Positions 41,805-55,481 of a DNA stretch of 64,000 bases are shown piece after piece. The position numbers and the translations under genes were made by a program. Within the stretch, counting starts at the first letter, position 1. The number at the start of each line of letters is the position of its first letter. The DNA is taken from NCBI GenBank assembly GCA_958009085.1, contig OY253673.1, forward strand, positions 806,001-870,000, given 5' to 3'. The notes beneath the pieces were generated by a model. It was not told the DNA's origin and did not search any database. It saw only the letters and a list, made by a program, of their open reading frames with translations. Origin of the DNA: Protoeuglena noctilucae. Lineage: Eukaryota.

Positions 41805-42777
41805 GACAGCAAGGCGCCCACCGAGTCTCCCGCTCGGCTTTACAGTGATGCGCTGTCGTGGGATTCCTCCCCTGACCCCTCTCGGCCCAGCCTGGTGACC
41901 GCGCATCCGCTGCTCGCCGCAAGTCCCTGCGCGGCAGGGTGCACGTTTTGAAGCGGCCAGCAGTAGCGTGTGCCGACAGCCGCGTCAAGAGTAGCGACGT
42001 CCTTCTCTCGGCCTGTCGCCGTGCCCTTCTCTTCGCTTTCCCTCAGCTGCGGTCAGGATGAGCGGCTGTGCTGGGCTTTGGATGCCCCAGCGACAGCCCC
42101 TGCCCCGTAGCCATCCATGGTCTGTTGCTGGCAACAGCCATGCCCCTCTTGTCACTCGCTGAGACGAGGCCCTCGCCGACTCTTGATCTTGATGCGTGCA
42201 CGTAGCCCTCTCCCTGCACTGCGCGTTGCGCACCCGTGATGTCATGCCTCCTGCCTTTCTGAGCCTCTCCGAGCACATCCTCTGGCCGCTGGCCCAGTCC
42301 CGGTTCCAGTTCTGTTTCAAACCCTTTTCAAAGTCAATGACTGACAGCCGCTGAAGTGCAACACGAGTGGAACTGCGCTTGCATGGCAGAAGGACCACGG
42401 GTGGTCAAAAAGGGCGCACTGCACTGCGAGGGGCGCGCGGATGGTAAAGCCCAGTCGCGGCACAGGTGGCGAGGGAGCCCTGGGGTCAAACACCGCCCAG
42501 GGAGCTGGAAGCACAGAACACAAGCAGTTGCCCTGGTGGCAGGCACTCACGGGCCGCCGGGCCCTGCACAAGTGGGGGTGCCAATCTTGGTGCGCCTCCT
42601 GCGCATGTCGCGTGGGGGAGGCCGGGACGACGAGATACGGGCGTGGGGTGGGTGGTCAACGGAGAGAGCGGAAAGAGGCCGGCCATGTATGCGACCGCGG
42701 TTCGACTCCAAGCTCGATACCGCAGAAGGCGCGGCTGAAAAGACACTGAAAAACCCATAGCTCGCTGGCCTGTTGCG

Positions 42778-45700
42778 TCATATGATCGGCGGCCCCAGCG
42801 CTAACCCCGCCCCGCCCTGCCCCTGCGCGACGGCCACGGTCGCAGTGCCGCTCCCCTCGCGCCGCGGGGCGTCCTCGAGCCCCGGCTGCAACGAAGGGCC
42901 CGCCTGCCCGGGCCCGTCCGACCCCCACGTCTGCGTCACGCCCGAGTTGGCCACCGGGCTGGCGCCGCGGTCCGTGCCCCGCCGCTTGCTCTCCCGGTCG
43001 CCGCCCGCGTCCAAATCCACCTCCCCCACACGCCGCTTCTGCACACAGAGCAGAGCCAGAGAAGTCATGGATGCCCAGGGCCGAGTGAGCCAGTACAGTC
43101 ACACGCGTGCTTGCAGTCGGATGCCGCCCCTGACCTGCGGGGCAGCACCCGCGCCGTCCCCGCTCGCGTCGCGCGCCACCACCCCCGCCGAAGTCCGTGG
43201 CGTGATGGGGCCCTGGGCTGTGTCCTCTCTCGCAGGGTCCCACGCCGCAGGTGGAGTCGTGCCCCGCGCCCTGTCCTGCGCCTGCGGTGGGCCCTCGGGG
43301 GCCATCCCCAGGCTGTCGCCGGCCAGATGACCCGACAGGCCGGCCCCGGCGGGGTCCCGCCGGCCAAAGGCGCCATGGGGAGCGGCGGCCCAGAACCCCA
43401 GGGGCGCGACCAGGTCGGAGGCCGGCAGGGACGCCCCGGGCGGAGAGGAGCTCAGGGACATCATCGTGTGCGCCGCGTCGGCGTCGTCCTGCGGGCGCGT
43501 GGGTCCAGAAAGGCGTGGGGGGTGCTGTAACAACGCAGGCAAGCAATGGGCATGCAACTGCCATGTAGCACGGCGTGCACCCACCTGTCGCTGGGCTTTC
43601 CTCCCAATCTCCCCGAGCGGCCTCGTCAGCTTCTCCAGCTCCACCTCCGTGTCCACCCGCCTGCCGCTGACCATCCCCATGAACGCATGGCTGCAGGCAC
43701 GGCCACGGACGACGCTTGGCCTGACGTTGGAACAATAGGCCCAGCAGCGGAGCATCCCTGCGCCCTTCGCGCCGTCACATCATTGGCATGTCCACTGGCA
43801 CCCAGGGAATCGGACGTAGACACCATCAAACATCGACCTCATTCATGAACCACAATGTCATCTTCACCCATCATATCCCCCCCAATAAATCACCTGAGGG
43901 ACGGTCCCTTCGAAGACGTACCACCCCCCCGCGTGTCCCTGCCGTCTCCCTCTGAGGTTTCCTCGGCCCCACGGCTCCCCTGCGCCCCCGCCACCGCCTC
44001 TAGGCTCGTGCCGGCGGGAGCGTAGTTGTTGTTGAAGAACGGCGGGGGTCGCCGGGGCTGCCCCGGCCTCGGCGCGCTCGCGTGCACGCCGGGGTGGCCG
44101 TGCGCGTGGCCGTGCGGGTGCGGGTGCGGGTGCGAGTGCGCGTGGGTGAGCGTTTGGGGAATGAAGGTCTCTAAAAAGTCGATGAAGGCGGGCAAGTTGG
44201 GCGGGGACGATTCGAGGATGGTCGGGCTGCCGCCGAGCCCGGCGGGGGCGGCAATGGACCCGTGCAGGGGCCCCTGCAGGCTGGGGGGTGACGTCCCGAG
44301 GGGCCGCAAAAAGGCACCAGCGCTCTGGCCGCTGAGGGAGGGGGAGGAGCCGCCGGGACGCGACGGGGTGGTGGCGGGCCAGGCTCCGGCGGACATGGGC
44401 CGGGCGGGGCGGGAGGGGTCCCAGCCGAGCGCCATGTGGGGCGCGGTGGGGGCGGTCGTGGGGGCAGTGCTGTTGGCCTTGGGGTGCGCGCCCGCGCCCG
44501 CGCTGCGCATCGCCTGCCCGTCCGAGGACCGCAGGGCGTGCGTGAGGGCCGAGGGCGGCGACTGGCCGGGGTCGGGCGCCACGCGCGGCATCGCCACGCC
44601 GCGGGCGTCGGGCAGCCCGATGGCGTCGAGCGAGAAGGGCCCCGACCCGGGCAGATTGGCCAGGAAGCTTTCGGGGGAGTAGCCCCGGATGAACTCCTCC
44701 CCCCAGCTGTCCGGGGAGGTGCCCAGCAGGTGGCCCGCTGGTCGTCCCCACCCGGAGATGCCCCGGCCCAGCCGCTGGAAGTGGTCCGCGGGCATCCTGA
44801 GGTCACTGCGGAGCGCGAGGTGAGGCTGGAAGCTATGCCATAGGAATAGAAGGAGTAGAAGGGGCGATCGCAAAGACAGCCGCGAGTAGTGATGGCGATG
44901 GGTGCGCTTGGGTGCGGTGGCCGCTGTGGCAGCCTCGTCAATAGCCGATCGCCAGTCACCTGTAGATGCTCGACGGAGGGCTCGTACCCCCAGGGAAGGC
45001 GTCGTCCCGGGTCACCCCGGGGGACGCAGCGCGCCAGAAGGACGTTTCGCTCCCGAGCGTGCCCTTGCTCGGCGGGCCCAGCGGGGGTGCGGTCCCCATC
45101 TGCGGGTGCGAGCGCAGCCGCGGGGCGGGCGTCTGATGCATACGCGCAAGGATCGCGGCGAGTGCTGAAGCACAGCGTCTCGTGGAGCCCAGTATGCGCG
45201 AGCACCTCATGCTTAGTCGCATGACCTATGACCGTGAGCTCACCTGGGGCAGGGAGAGTGACCCTGGGCCCTTGCCGACCCTCATGCTCAGCCCCTGCAG
45301 ACAGTGCGAGTTGATGGCGCGCGTCGCATGCTGCCCAACTGCGGAGCGCTGTTGCGCCACGCTGTCCTCCTGCAACAGCCGCCTCGCACCTGGATCTCCT
45401 CGGTGAGCTCCCGCGCGTGCCGCGGGGTCACGGGCCGCTCGGGGGGCTTCACCACCGCCTGGGCGACGAAAGTCCTGTGGGGGACACGGTGGGCGGGCAT
45501 CACTTGTGGGATAGATGAGCCAACTGGTGCCAGGCAGGGGGAGACATCGGCGCACATCGTGTCCGTCAAGAGAGCCAAGGACGGTCCCCGTGCAAGCGCA
45601 ATGCCTCGTCTCGCGTGTGCGGCGGTGGCTCATCGCGTCACCTGTGCGCTCCCGATGCCGTCGGGCTGCCCCCCGAGGGAGACGCCGAGTTGGACAGTGC

Positions 45701-46615
45701 CTTGGCCAGCTTGCAGTTCCATTGATTCTTCACGGCATTGTCTGTGGGCGCGGCAGGCGACGGCGATCGTGCTGCGGCCGACGTGCTGTGGCTGAGTGAC
45801 ACACGCAAGCAAGAAGGCGAACCTGCCACCCGCACGAGCGGGCGCGCAGCGTGGATGTAGCTGTCAGCTCCGATAGGGTAGGAATGAGGCAGGGCATTCC
45901 CGCAGGCGCCTCCCTGCCGCCCCTCCAGCCCCTCACCGGTGCGGCCGGGCAGGGCTGCTGCGATCAGCGCCCACTTGTTTCCGTGGATCCGGTGCAACTC
46001 GATGATCGTGCGGTTTTCCTCCTCCGTGAAAGGGCCGTGGTTGAGCCGGCTGTCGAGCTGATTGGACCACCGCAATCGGCACGCCTTGGGGTCTCGGGGG
46101 GCACCACCTAGGCCCAGCTTGTTAAACTCCTCGGATATCATGTTCCACTTGGACGCGCCGTGCAATTCCACGAGCTGCGGGGAGGCCGGGGCCAGCGACG
46201 ATTGCAAGGCGGTGGACCACAGCAGAGGGGCGAGCGACGCGGCCACGCTGCACCACTGGCGGGGACCCGACACCGCGCCCCGAGACCGACGCGCCTTGAC
46301 CAGCGCTTCGTCTTCCTCCTTCGACCACGCCCGCCTGAGCTTGTCGCCGAGGACGGGTCGCGAGCGGGATTCACGCAGGCGACGACCGCCGCGACTCGTC
46401 GAGGGCTCTTCAGACGCCAATCCCGCGGACGCCGAGATGTCAGTGGCTGCGTCGCGTCGCCGTGAGTTATCGGAGTTGCGGGCCATGGCCGGGACCATGG
46501 CCGGGCCCCAGCCGGGGCTCGTGCCGATTGTCCGTCCAAATGCGACGGCTTGCCCCTGCGGTGAGGGGGCCATGCCGAAATTGGCATCGAATGCGATGGA
46601 TCTGCAGCTCTGCAT
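42778..46615 (-). CDS. R2R3-MYB transcription factor with long disordered C-terminus (alternative in-frame ATG at 46906)
   Basis: WSKEEDEALVK|LVELHGASKWNMIS...CRLRWSNQL...PFTEEENRTIIELHRIHGNKWALIAAALPGRT|DNAVKNQWN. Downstream exons include a His-Pro tract; stop at 42778. Confidence 0.85.
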
Positions 46616-47506
46616 GCGCCGAAACCGGCGCCGTGAGCTCGGACCGCGACCTTGCAGGACAACTCTGGTCGCGACTCGCGCATCGCGGGCCCCGGTGGCC
46701 CGGAGGCCTCGCAAACGACCGATATACACAGCAGGCTTGCGTGCTTTGCCTGCATGCTGGCCATCGGGTGGCCAGGACGCATAGATACCCCGGCGCGGGC
46801 TGACGCCTGATGCCCCATCCTGCACCGCCGCCCGCGCCGAGCTTTGCCCCCCCGCCTCGTCGAGCCTCATCCGCAGGGAAACTCCGCACACGATGGGGTC
46901 GTCCATCCCCACCTGGGTGGTCTCTCGGGGCGGCACCGGCCGCGCAATGTCAGGGCAGGGGAAGTCGAACCCCGCGCGAAAGGAGATGAATCTGACCGCT
47001 GCCTTTGCTTTTTATGCAATAATGTCTAAAAGCCCGCCGCCCGCCGGATAGCGAGCACGGCAAAGGCCTCTCCCCGGCTTTGAGCGGACGATGCAAAGCT
47101 CCCAGCAGCGGCAAGGGAGGGTGACCAGCACCCCCTCGCTCGGAAACAGTAAATGCGTGGCTCACACCGCGCGAAGGGAACCGAAATGCGCGCTCCCTGC
47201 GAGATTCCCATCGTTGCCAGAAGCAGGACTAGTCAGGGGAAGGCTTGAAACAATATTCAACAAAACGAGGCGCACGCGTCTGCGCATGCCGCGTGGATGG
47301 CATCACGCAAGAGAGCGGCCCGAAATCAAGCAACTCACTCGCCCCCCCCCGCCTCGAGGCAGGTCGCCTCGAGCGCAACGCCAATGACTGGCGCACCCCG
47401 CCCTCCAACGCCTTCCGCCGGCAGGAAGCTGGATGCGCTGTGTGCCGCACCCTCTGCGCCGGAACGGCAGCCAGCCCCCGCCGGCCCATGCCACCACAGG
47501 GAGACT

Positions 47507-49369
<1,863 letters not shown>

Positions 49370-49418
49370 CTAGAGGGCGGGGCGACTGCCCTCGTCAAGC
49401 GCTGGAGGCCCGCTCAAG

Positions 49419-50488
49419 ATGCCGCTCCTCTTCGCGTGCCCGGCCGTGGCGGCGCCGGGGAGGGGCCTGGGACGGCCAGGCACGGCCTGCGCCCCCCGGG
49501 CCCCGCTGGGGCGGCACGTCGCGCGTGCGGCCGCGCAAGGCGGGCTCGCGGCCCGCCTGTCCCAGTGCCAAGACGCGGAGGGCGTGTGGCTGGCGATGAC
49601 GATGCACTGCCTCACACGCGCCGAGCAGGCGTCTGGGCGGCTGCTGGTCGGCATCGCTGGGGTGCCCGGCAGCGGCAAGTCGACGACCGCGCACGAGGTC
49701 GCGCAGCTTTTGAACGAGGCGGGAACGGCGGCGTGCGTGCTGCCGATGGATGGCTTTCATCTGTACAAGAGCCAGCTGGACGCGATGCCGGACCCCGCAC
49801 AGGCGCACGCGCGGCGGGGCGCCCACTGGGTGCGTCCTGCATCGCACGGGGTGCAGACCCACACCCACGTCGCCCCGCTCACACCTCCCTGCGCTCGTGC
49901 TGCGCAGACGTTCGACGGGCGCCGCTTCGTGGAGCACCTGCGGGCCCTTCGCCACCGCGTCTCGCTGCGGGCGCCCTCGTTCGACCATGGAGTGGGCGAC
50001 CCGGTGGAGGAGGACATTGAAATTGGCCTGGATGTCGAAGTGGTCCTTTGCGAGGGCAACTACCTCCTCTTGCCGGAGGGGCCGTGGGGAGAGGCGATGC
50101 AGGTGAGGCCAGGCGGCGTGGGGCGCTGGGATGGCCACGCCGCAACCACCGAGTGTGGGCGAGAGGGCCGCACGCGTGGCTTTTCCACGCAGCACTTTGA
50201 CGAGACCTGGTTCATCGACTGCGACTTGGAAACGGCCATGGGGCGCGTCCAAGCACGGCAGCTAAGCATCGGCCTGACTCCGGAGCAGTCCCGAGGTGAC
50301 AATGTGCTCTATACACCTTCCACGGTTGATGCACGCACGAGGCTTGCGCTCACCCCGCCCCCCGTCCTCGCCCTCTCCCAGTTCGCATTGAGACGAACGA
50401 CCGCCCCAATGCACTTGAAATCCAGCGGACCAAGGACAGGGCCCACGTGCTGGTGCCGTCCCTGCCGCTCCGCAAGGAGAGGCACTGA
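49419..50488 (+). CDS. P-loop kinase of the YFH7/uridine-kinase-like family, probably organelle-targeted
   Basis: VGIAGVPGSGKST, LPMDGFHLY..LD.MPDP..AHARRGAHW|TFD, APSFDHGVGDPVE.DI, EGNYLLL and RIETNDRPNA. Confidence 0.88.
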
Positions 50489-50528
50489 GCGGGTGCGTGC
50501 CAGGGTGCGCCAGCGTGCGCCGGAGCGC

Positions 50529-51585
50529 TCACGCGAGCACCCCACAGTCCTGGATGACCACGCGCTGGAGCGGCCGCCCCGAGCGCTTGTCGGTTGCCGT
50601 GTCCTCGACCTTCCGCACGACGTCCATGCCCTCCAGCACGCGGCCGAAGACCACGTGGCGGCCGTCCAGCCAGGGCGTGGGCCCCGTCGTGATGAAGAAT
50701 TGGCTCCCGTTCGTGTTGGGGCCCGCGTTGGCCATGGACAGGCACCCGACCTGCAGCCGCAAGGGTGCACGGTCACTGCGTCGAGTGCAGTCATCTCAGC
50801 TCAGCTCAGCTCAGCTCAGCTCGTGGCAGCCGCGCCTATTAAGACGGGCAGGCCGAGGCGTTGCTCGTAGATTAGAGCGACTCGCCTCGTGGGGAACAGC
50901 GAAGGACTCGTCGGGGAACCTAGCGCCGTAAATGCTCTTGCCTCCGCGCCCATCGCCGCGCTCAAAGTCGCCTCCTTGAATGACGAAGTCCTTGATGACG
51001 CGGTGGAAAGTGCAGCCCTTGTAGCCATAACCCTTCTCACCGCTGGCAAGCGCCGCGAAGTTCGCCGCCGTCTTTGGGACGACAGAGCCGTAGAGGCCGA
51101 CCACCACGCGGCCCGCTGGCTGGTCGCCGATGCTGATGTCGAGGAACACGCGACTCGTGACCTCGGGCCTCTTCGCGTCGTCCGCATGGGCCGCCCCGGT
51201 CAGCACGCCGGCGAGAGACAGGCCCGCCAGCGCCCTGCACGATTTGCGCAGGGGTAATCGTCATTTGGACTCCGCCGTCATCTGCTAGCCGACATTGCGA
51301 CGCTGTAATGCGTCGCTCACCACAGCGTGGATCGCTTGCCAGCCTCAGCATTGCGACCCGGCCCCGATGCCTGCGCGCAATCGATAGTACGACTTCTGAT
51401 TGTTCCATCGCAGAGAAGGACCGGTGTTCAAAGCCCTGCTAGAGAGCTAGGGCCAGGCTCGAGTGGCGTGCGCATCGCACCTTGCAAAGCGGTGCGCGGG
51501 TCGTGGCCTTGCGCACCCTGCACGCTGCAATCATTGCGCGGCAAGCGGGCGCACCCGCTCCCGCGACGCATGATCGCAGAGCCAT
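50529..51585 (-). CDS. Thylakoid-lumen cyclophilin (CYP20-2-like peptidyl-prolyl isomerase)
   Basis: Bipartite presequence ending [10 protein letters not shown]. Motifs [44 protein letters not shown] and [10 protein letters not shown]. Confidence 0.92.
50795..50822. repeat. (CTCAG)5 microsatellite in cyclophilin intron
   Basis: ctcagctcagctcagctcagctcagctc. Confidence 0.9.
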
Positions 51586-51681
51586 GGCGAATTGTTTCAC
51601 TTCTAAGCCACTTGCTGCTAGACAGTCACGACGAGCTTGAATTGCAATCACTGAGCAACAAACGGCCGAAAAAATACCAAG

Positions 51682-54600
51682 TTATTGACCTCGGTGGTCA
51701 GGGCCCGTGCCAGACCCGCTGGCGCCCCGCACGTCGCGACCAGCTCCGCCTGTCTCGTGGTCCCCCCTGACTCGGCCGACCAGCTCACGCATGCCGCGGA
51801 CCGTCTCCTGCACTCCCCCCGGCCCCGCCGACGCGCACTGGCTCGCCCCCGCCCCTGCGCTCGCCCCCGCCCCCGCGCTCGTCCCCGCCATGCTCATGCT
51901 CAGCGCCAGGGCCAGGTCCAGGTCGTAGTCGTCGTCGTCTCCCAACGCAGGCGCGTCCGCGAACGCGAGCGTCTCACCCCCGCCCCGGAGCCACGCCTCC
52001 ACGCGTTCCCGCCCTTGCAGCCGCGACTGCCCCTCGTCCCGATCCCCAGCCGCTCCCGGAGAGTCGCCGGGACGCGGGCTACCTGGCCCCATCCACCCGA
52101 CAGACCCCGCATCCGACGCCCCTCCAAGGCTTCCCCGCGTTCCCAACGCCAAGCCCAGGGCGCCACCAGCCACGACAGCGGGAGCATTGGGACGCTCTTT
52201 GTCCCGCACCGACGCCGACGGCTCATGCGCCGGGGCTGGCAGTCCCGCGATGTCCGTCATGTGCGGCCGGCCCCTCTCCCGCTCCGTCAGCTGTCGTAGC
52301 ACCTCCTCCACTTCCCGGTCCGACACCTCGCGGCGCGCCGGCACCGCCTCCGGAGCCATCTCCAGTCGGCTCAGATGCAGCGCCCTGCGTGCGTTACACA
52401 AAGCGGATCCCTTCCAGAAAGCTTCCTTCCCTTCACCTTGCAACTCAATGGTGGTTCCCTGCGACTCCATCTTTGGCGATGACACCGCTATGACGCCGCT
52501 CACCGCTCCAGGGCAGCATCCTCCTCCAGCTCCCCGTTCTCCGCCCACACGTTGCGAGAGCCCACGCCCCACCGCGCGTCCCAGCCGGGGTCGGGAAGGC
52601 CCCCATCGGGGTCCACCTCCCAGGCATCCCGCTTGTACTCCAGAGCGCCCTGGCCTCCCAGAGGCGACGGAGGGTGCCGCCTCCCCAGCCCTGCCCCCGA
52701 CCCGGACCCCGACGCCCACTCGCTGCCCGCGCCCGCAGGCGCGCCGTGCCCCGGGGGCGCCTCCAGGAGCAGCGGCTGGGCGGCAGGGAGCCCCGCCCCC
52801 GCGTCACCCCCACGCCACGCCCCTCCCGAGTCCCGGCGGGCCTTCTTCAGCGATGAGCGGTGCGACGTCCCGGCCCACGTGTCAGACGGGGACGCCCCGG
52901 CGCCCGGGTCCGCCCGTGGCACGGCCCTTCCCCGCGCGGCATCCCCCGCAACCGAGTCGATGTCGTCATCGCCGGACACGTGCCCCGCCACCGACGCGTG
53001 GTCTGCGTCGTGGCCCTGCGCGGGGGGCTCCTCCAGCGACGCGCGCTTCGTCTCCTCCTCCAGCGCATCCCTGCGACGCCGAGACGGACCTCTCCTCGGC
53101 AACCCACGCACAGGCCACACCTTGTGCAGGGTCACACCGCGTGCAGGTCGACCCGGGCACAGATCATACCGCATAGGATCCAAGGGGGAGGTGGCAAAGC
53201 AGTCAGCCCCGTTGTCCAGTTTTGCAGGCCCTCACCGGAAAGACCCCCCGTCCCGGGGATCCCGCGCAAGCGTAAAGACGTTCATCTCATACGCCGCCTC
53301 GTTCAGGCGCCGGAGGTCGTGCTCCCGGCGGAATCGCTGGCGCAAGAAGTCCTGCATCTGGCTGGGGGACACGAACCAAGCCACGTAGGCCCCGTCGGGC
53401 TGGCCGTCCCCAAAGGCGTGCCCGTGGGAGTCGACCAGGCACGCCGGGCCGCGCCAGGGCACAAACATGCCCAGCGTCTCGCCCCGGCACGTGAGGAGGA
53501 TGCTGTAGCCAGCCCCGGGGGCGCCCGGTGCGGGGGCCGACGCGCCCCCCGCAGCCACAGCCCCAAAGGTGGCGCCCAGCGTCCCCGCGCCCCACGCCAG
53601 GATGTCCCACAGGTGCCGGAAGTCGTCCTGGATGTCCCCTTGTCGCGTGGGGTCGTTCGCCTCTGCCGCGTCCCCCGCCCCAGCATCGCCCTGGGCCTCG
53701 CCCCCCGCCCCAGCCCCGTCCTCCGCCGCGGGGGCCTCCAGTGCGCCGTCCGGGTAGGGCACCCGGTGGTGGACGAGCCGGGACTTGAAGGGCCCGACGT
53801 GCTCGTAGAGGTCAAAGACGGAGAAGAAGTCGTGGACGCGGTGGGCGCGCCCCGTGGCGCGGCTGTAGCCACGCCGCGCCAGCATGTGCCAGATGCAGCC
53901 CTCCTCGACGGCGCGGGCGACGTCGGCAGCGGCGGAGAGCGCCACGCCCTCCATGAGCAGCGCGGTGGCGTACATGGCGATGGTGGTGCACGCGCTGTAG
54001 TTGGAGCTCTCGTCCATCTTGCACGAGAACTGGCTGACGGTCGTGCTCGTGCGCCAGGCCACGGCGTACGTCGTGCACTGCAGCCGCTCGCCGTCCCGCG
54101 TGACGTCCGCCACGTTGTGCGCGCCCCCGCTGCCGTCGTTCTCCGTGGGGTAGTTGCTGGCGACGAGGGTGATCGGGGCCGCCCCCGCCGCGCTCACGAA
54201 GAAGCGGAAGTAGTGGCGGCCTGGCACCGTGCTGCGGGGTGGGCGAAGGTGCACAAGTGTTTCTGAAGACGCACTGGGACGAGGGGTCTCGCACCACAAA
54301 GCCTTCCTCAAGAGCCATACCTGAGAGTGGCGCGGAAGATCCGCGCCCCGACGCTGTGCATGGGCTCCAGCAGGCGCTTCCCGTTCGGGAGGTCAATGCA
54401 CAGGAAGGCAGCCGCAGGGTCGGTCACGTGGGTCGACGCGACGAGGAGGTCGACGGATGCTTGCAGCGGCGCCGAGCCTGCACCGTCACCCGCGAGCCTG
54501 TGACAACTGAGTGGCTTCCAGGTCCCGAATCGATGGCGAGCTGCGGCTCGCGGCTGGGTCGGTGGGACGGAGGCCTCATCACCTGGCGAGAGGGGCAGCG

Positions 54601-54854
54601 CCAAGCTGGGCCGCTCCGAGCAAAGCGCCGGACGCGTCGCGCGAAGTGCCGTCAAGGGAGAAGACGCCGTCCTTCTGCCCTTCCGGCCGCGAGAAGGGCA
54701 GTTCGGGGCTACCTGCGCATCCAAAAGCCCCAAGCGTCTCGCCCTTTGCGCACCCCAGAAGGCCAGACGCGCTTGCAAAGCCCCCCCTGGCCTCACCTGT
54801 CATGGACCCGACGGGATCCATGGTCTCTGTCCCGCACTCCGACGCATCCTCCAT
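51682..54854 (-). CDS. Putative VTD/C76-type deubiquitinase with N-terminal CBM48-like domain and C-terminal UIMs
   Basis: Exons ~54854-54797, 54582-54321, 54231-53236, ~53095-52504 and 52384-51682. Motifs SQF...SACTTIA and LVDSHG; PGRHYFRFFV...PTENDGSGGAHNV; UIMs EEDAALERALHLSRLE and DDYDLDLALALSMS. Confidence 0.72.
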
Positions 54855-55198
54855 CCCGTGCAAAAGCCTTACCCCCCGTGCTCTGCGGGACAGCACACGG
54901 AGCAACCGGCGTTGCCCAGGGGGCCCCGCGTTCCCCACAGACAGCCTCTGCCTCTCCGAAACGCGCAGAGGGCGTGGCCCTCTGCGCACACGGGGCAGCA
55001 GGGCGCCGCAAGGGCGCCTCGCCGTGAGCACAGCGTGGGCCTGGGCCGCCGCGGCCAAGCGGCCAGAGCGCAGCGCACCATCCTGAGCAACGTCGCAGCT
55101 GGACCTACCTCTCTCGGGCTTCTTGGTCTTTCGAATGCGGTCGAATGCGCGCCCCGGGCGCTGGGGAACGGCAGCGGCACCCGGCTGTTCACCACCCC

Positions 55199-55267
55199 GC
55201 GCGAAATCGCGACTGGCGGGCACGAGCGCGGATGGGAGCGGCCGGGCCCTCCGTCCGACTGACGTCA
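55199..55267. promoter_or_regulatory. Candidate E2F site and CRE/C-box in the divergent promoter between the DUB-like gene and cyclin A
   Basis: GCGCGAAA (reverse complement TTTCGCGC) at 55199-55206 and palindrome TGACGTCA at 55260-55267. Confidence 0.4.
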
Positions 55268-55481
55268 GGTGCAGGAATGCGGTTTCTGGCATCTGTCGCC
55301 CTCCGCCGGCCTCGTCCGTCGCCCGGGGCCCGCCGATGCACTATATTCGCTACGCCGGGGGCTGGCAGGCCGTCCCTTGTCCGCCCCTTCTTCGGCGCGG
55401 CGCCCTCCCGCAGGGTGCTCAAACCCGAATCCCCCACCCTGCCCCCCCGGGCCCGCGGCGCCCGCCCCCTGCCTGCTTAGG

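Noticed and set aside
41810..42770. Several short ORFs between GID4 and MYB
   Set aside because: No recognisable motifs or coding-like bias; best explained as convergent 3'UTRs.
53232..54311. Endogenous virus or Helitron origin for the tegument-like DUB
   Set aside because: The gene has ordinary host-type introns and composition, and there are no flanking viral, Rep/helicase or transposase genes or terminal repeats.
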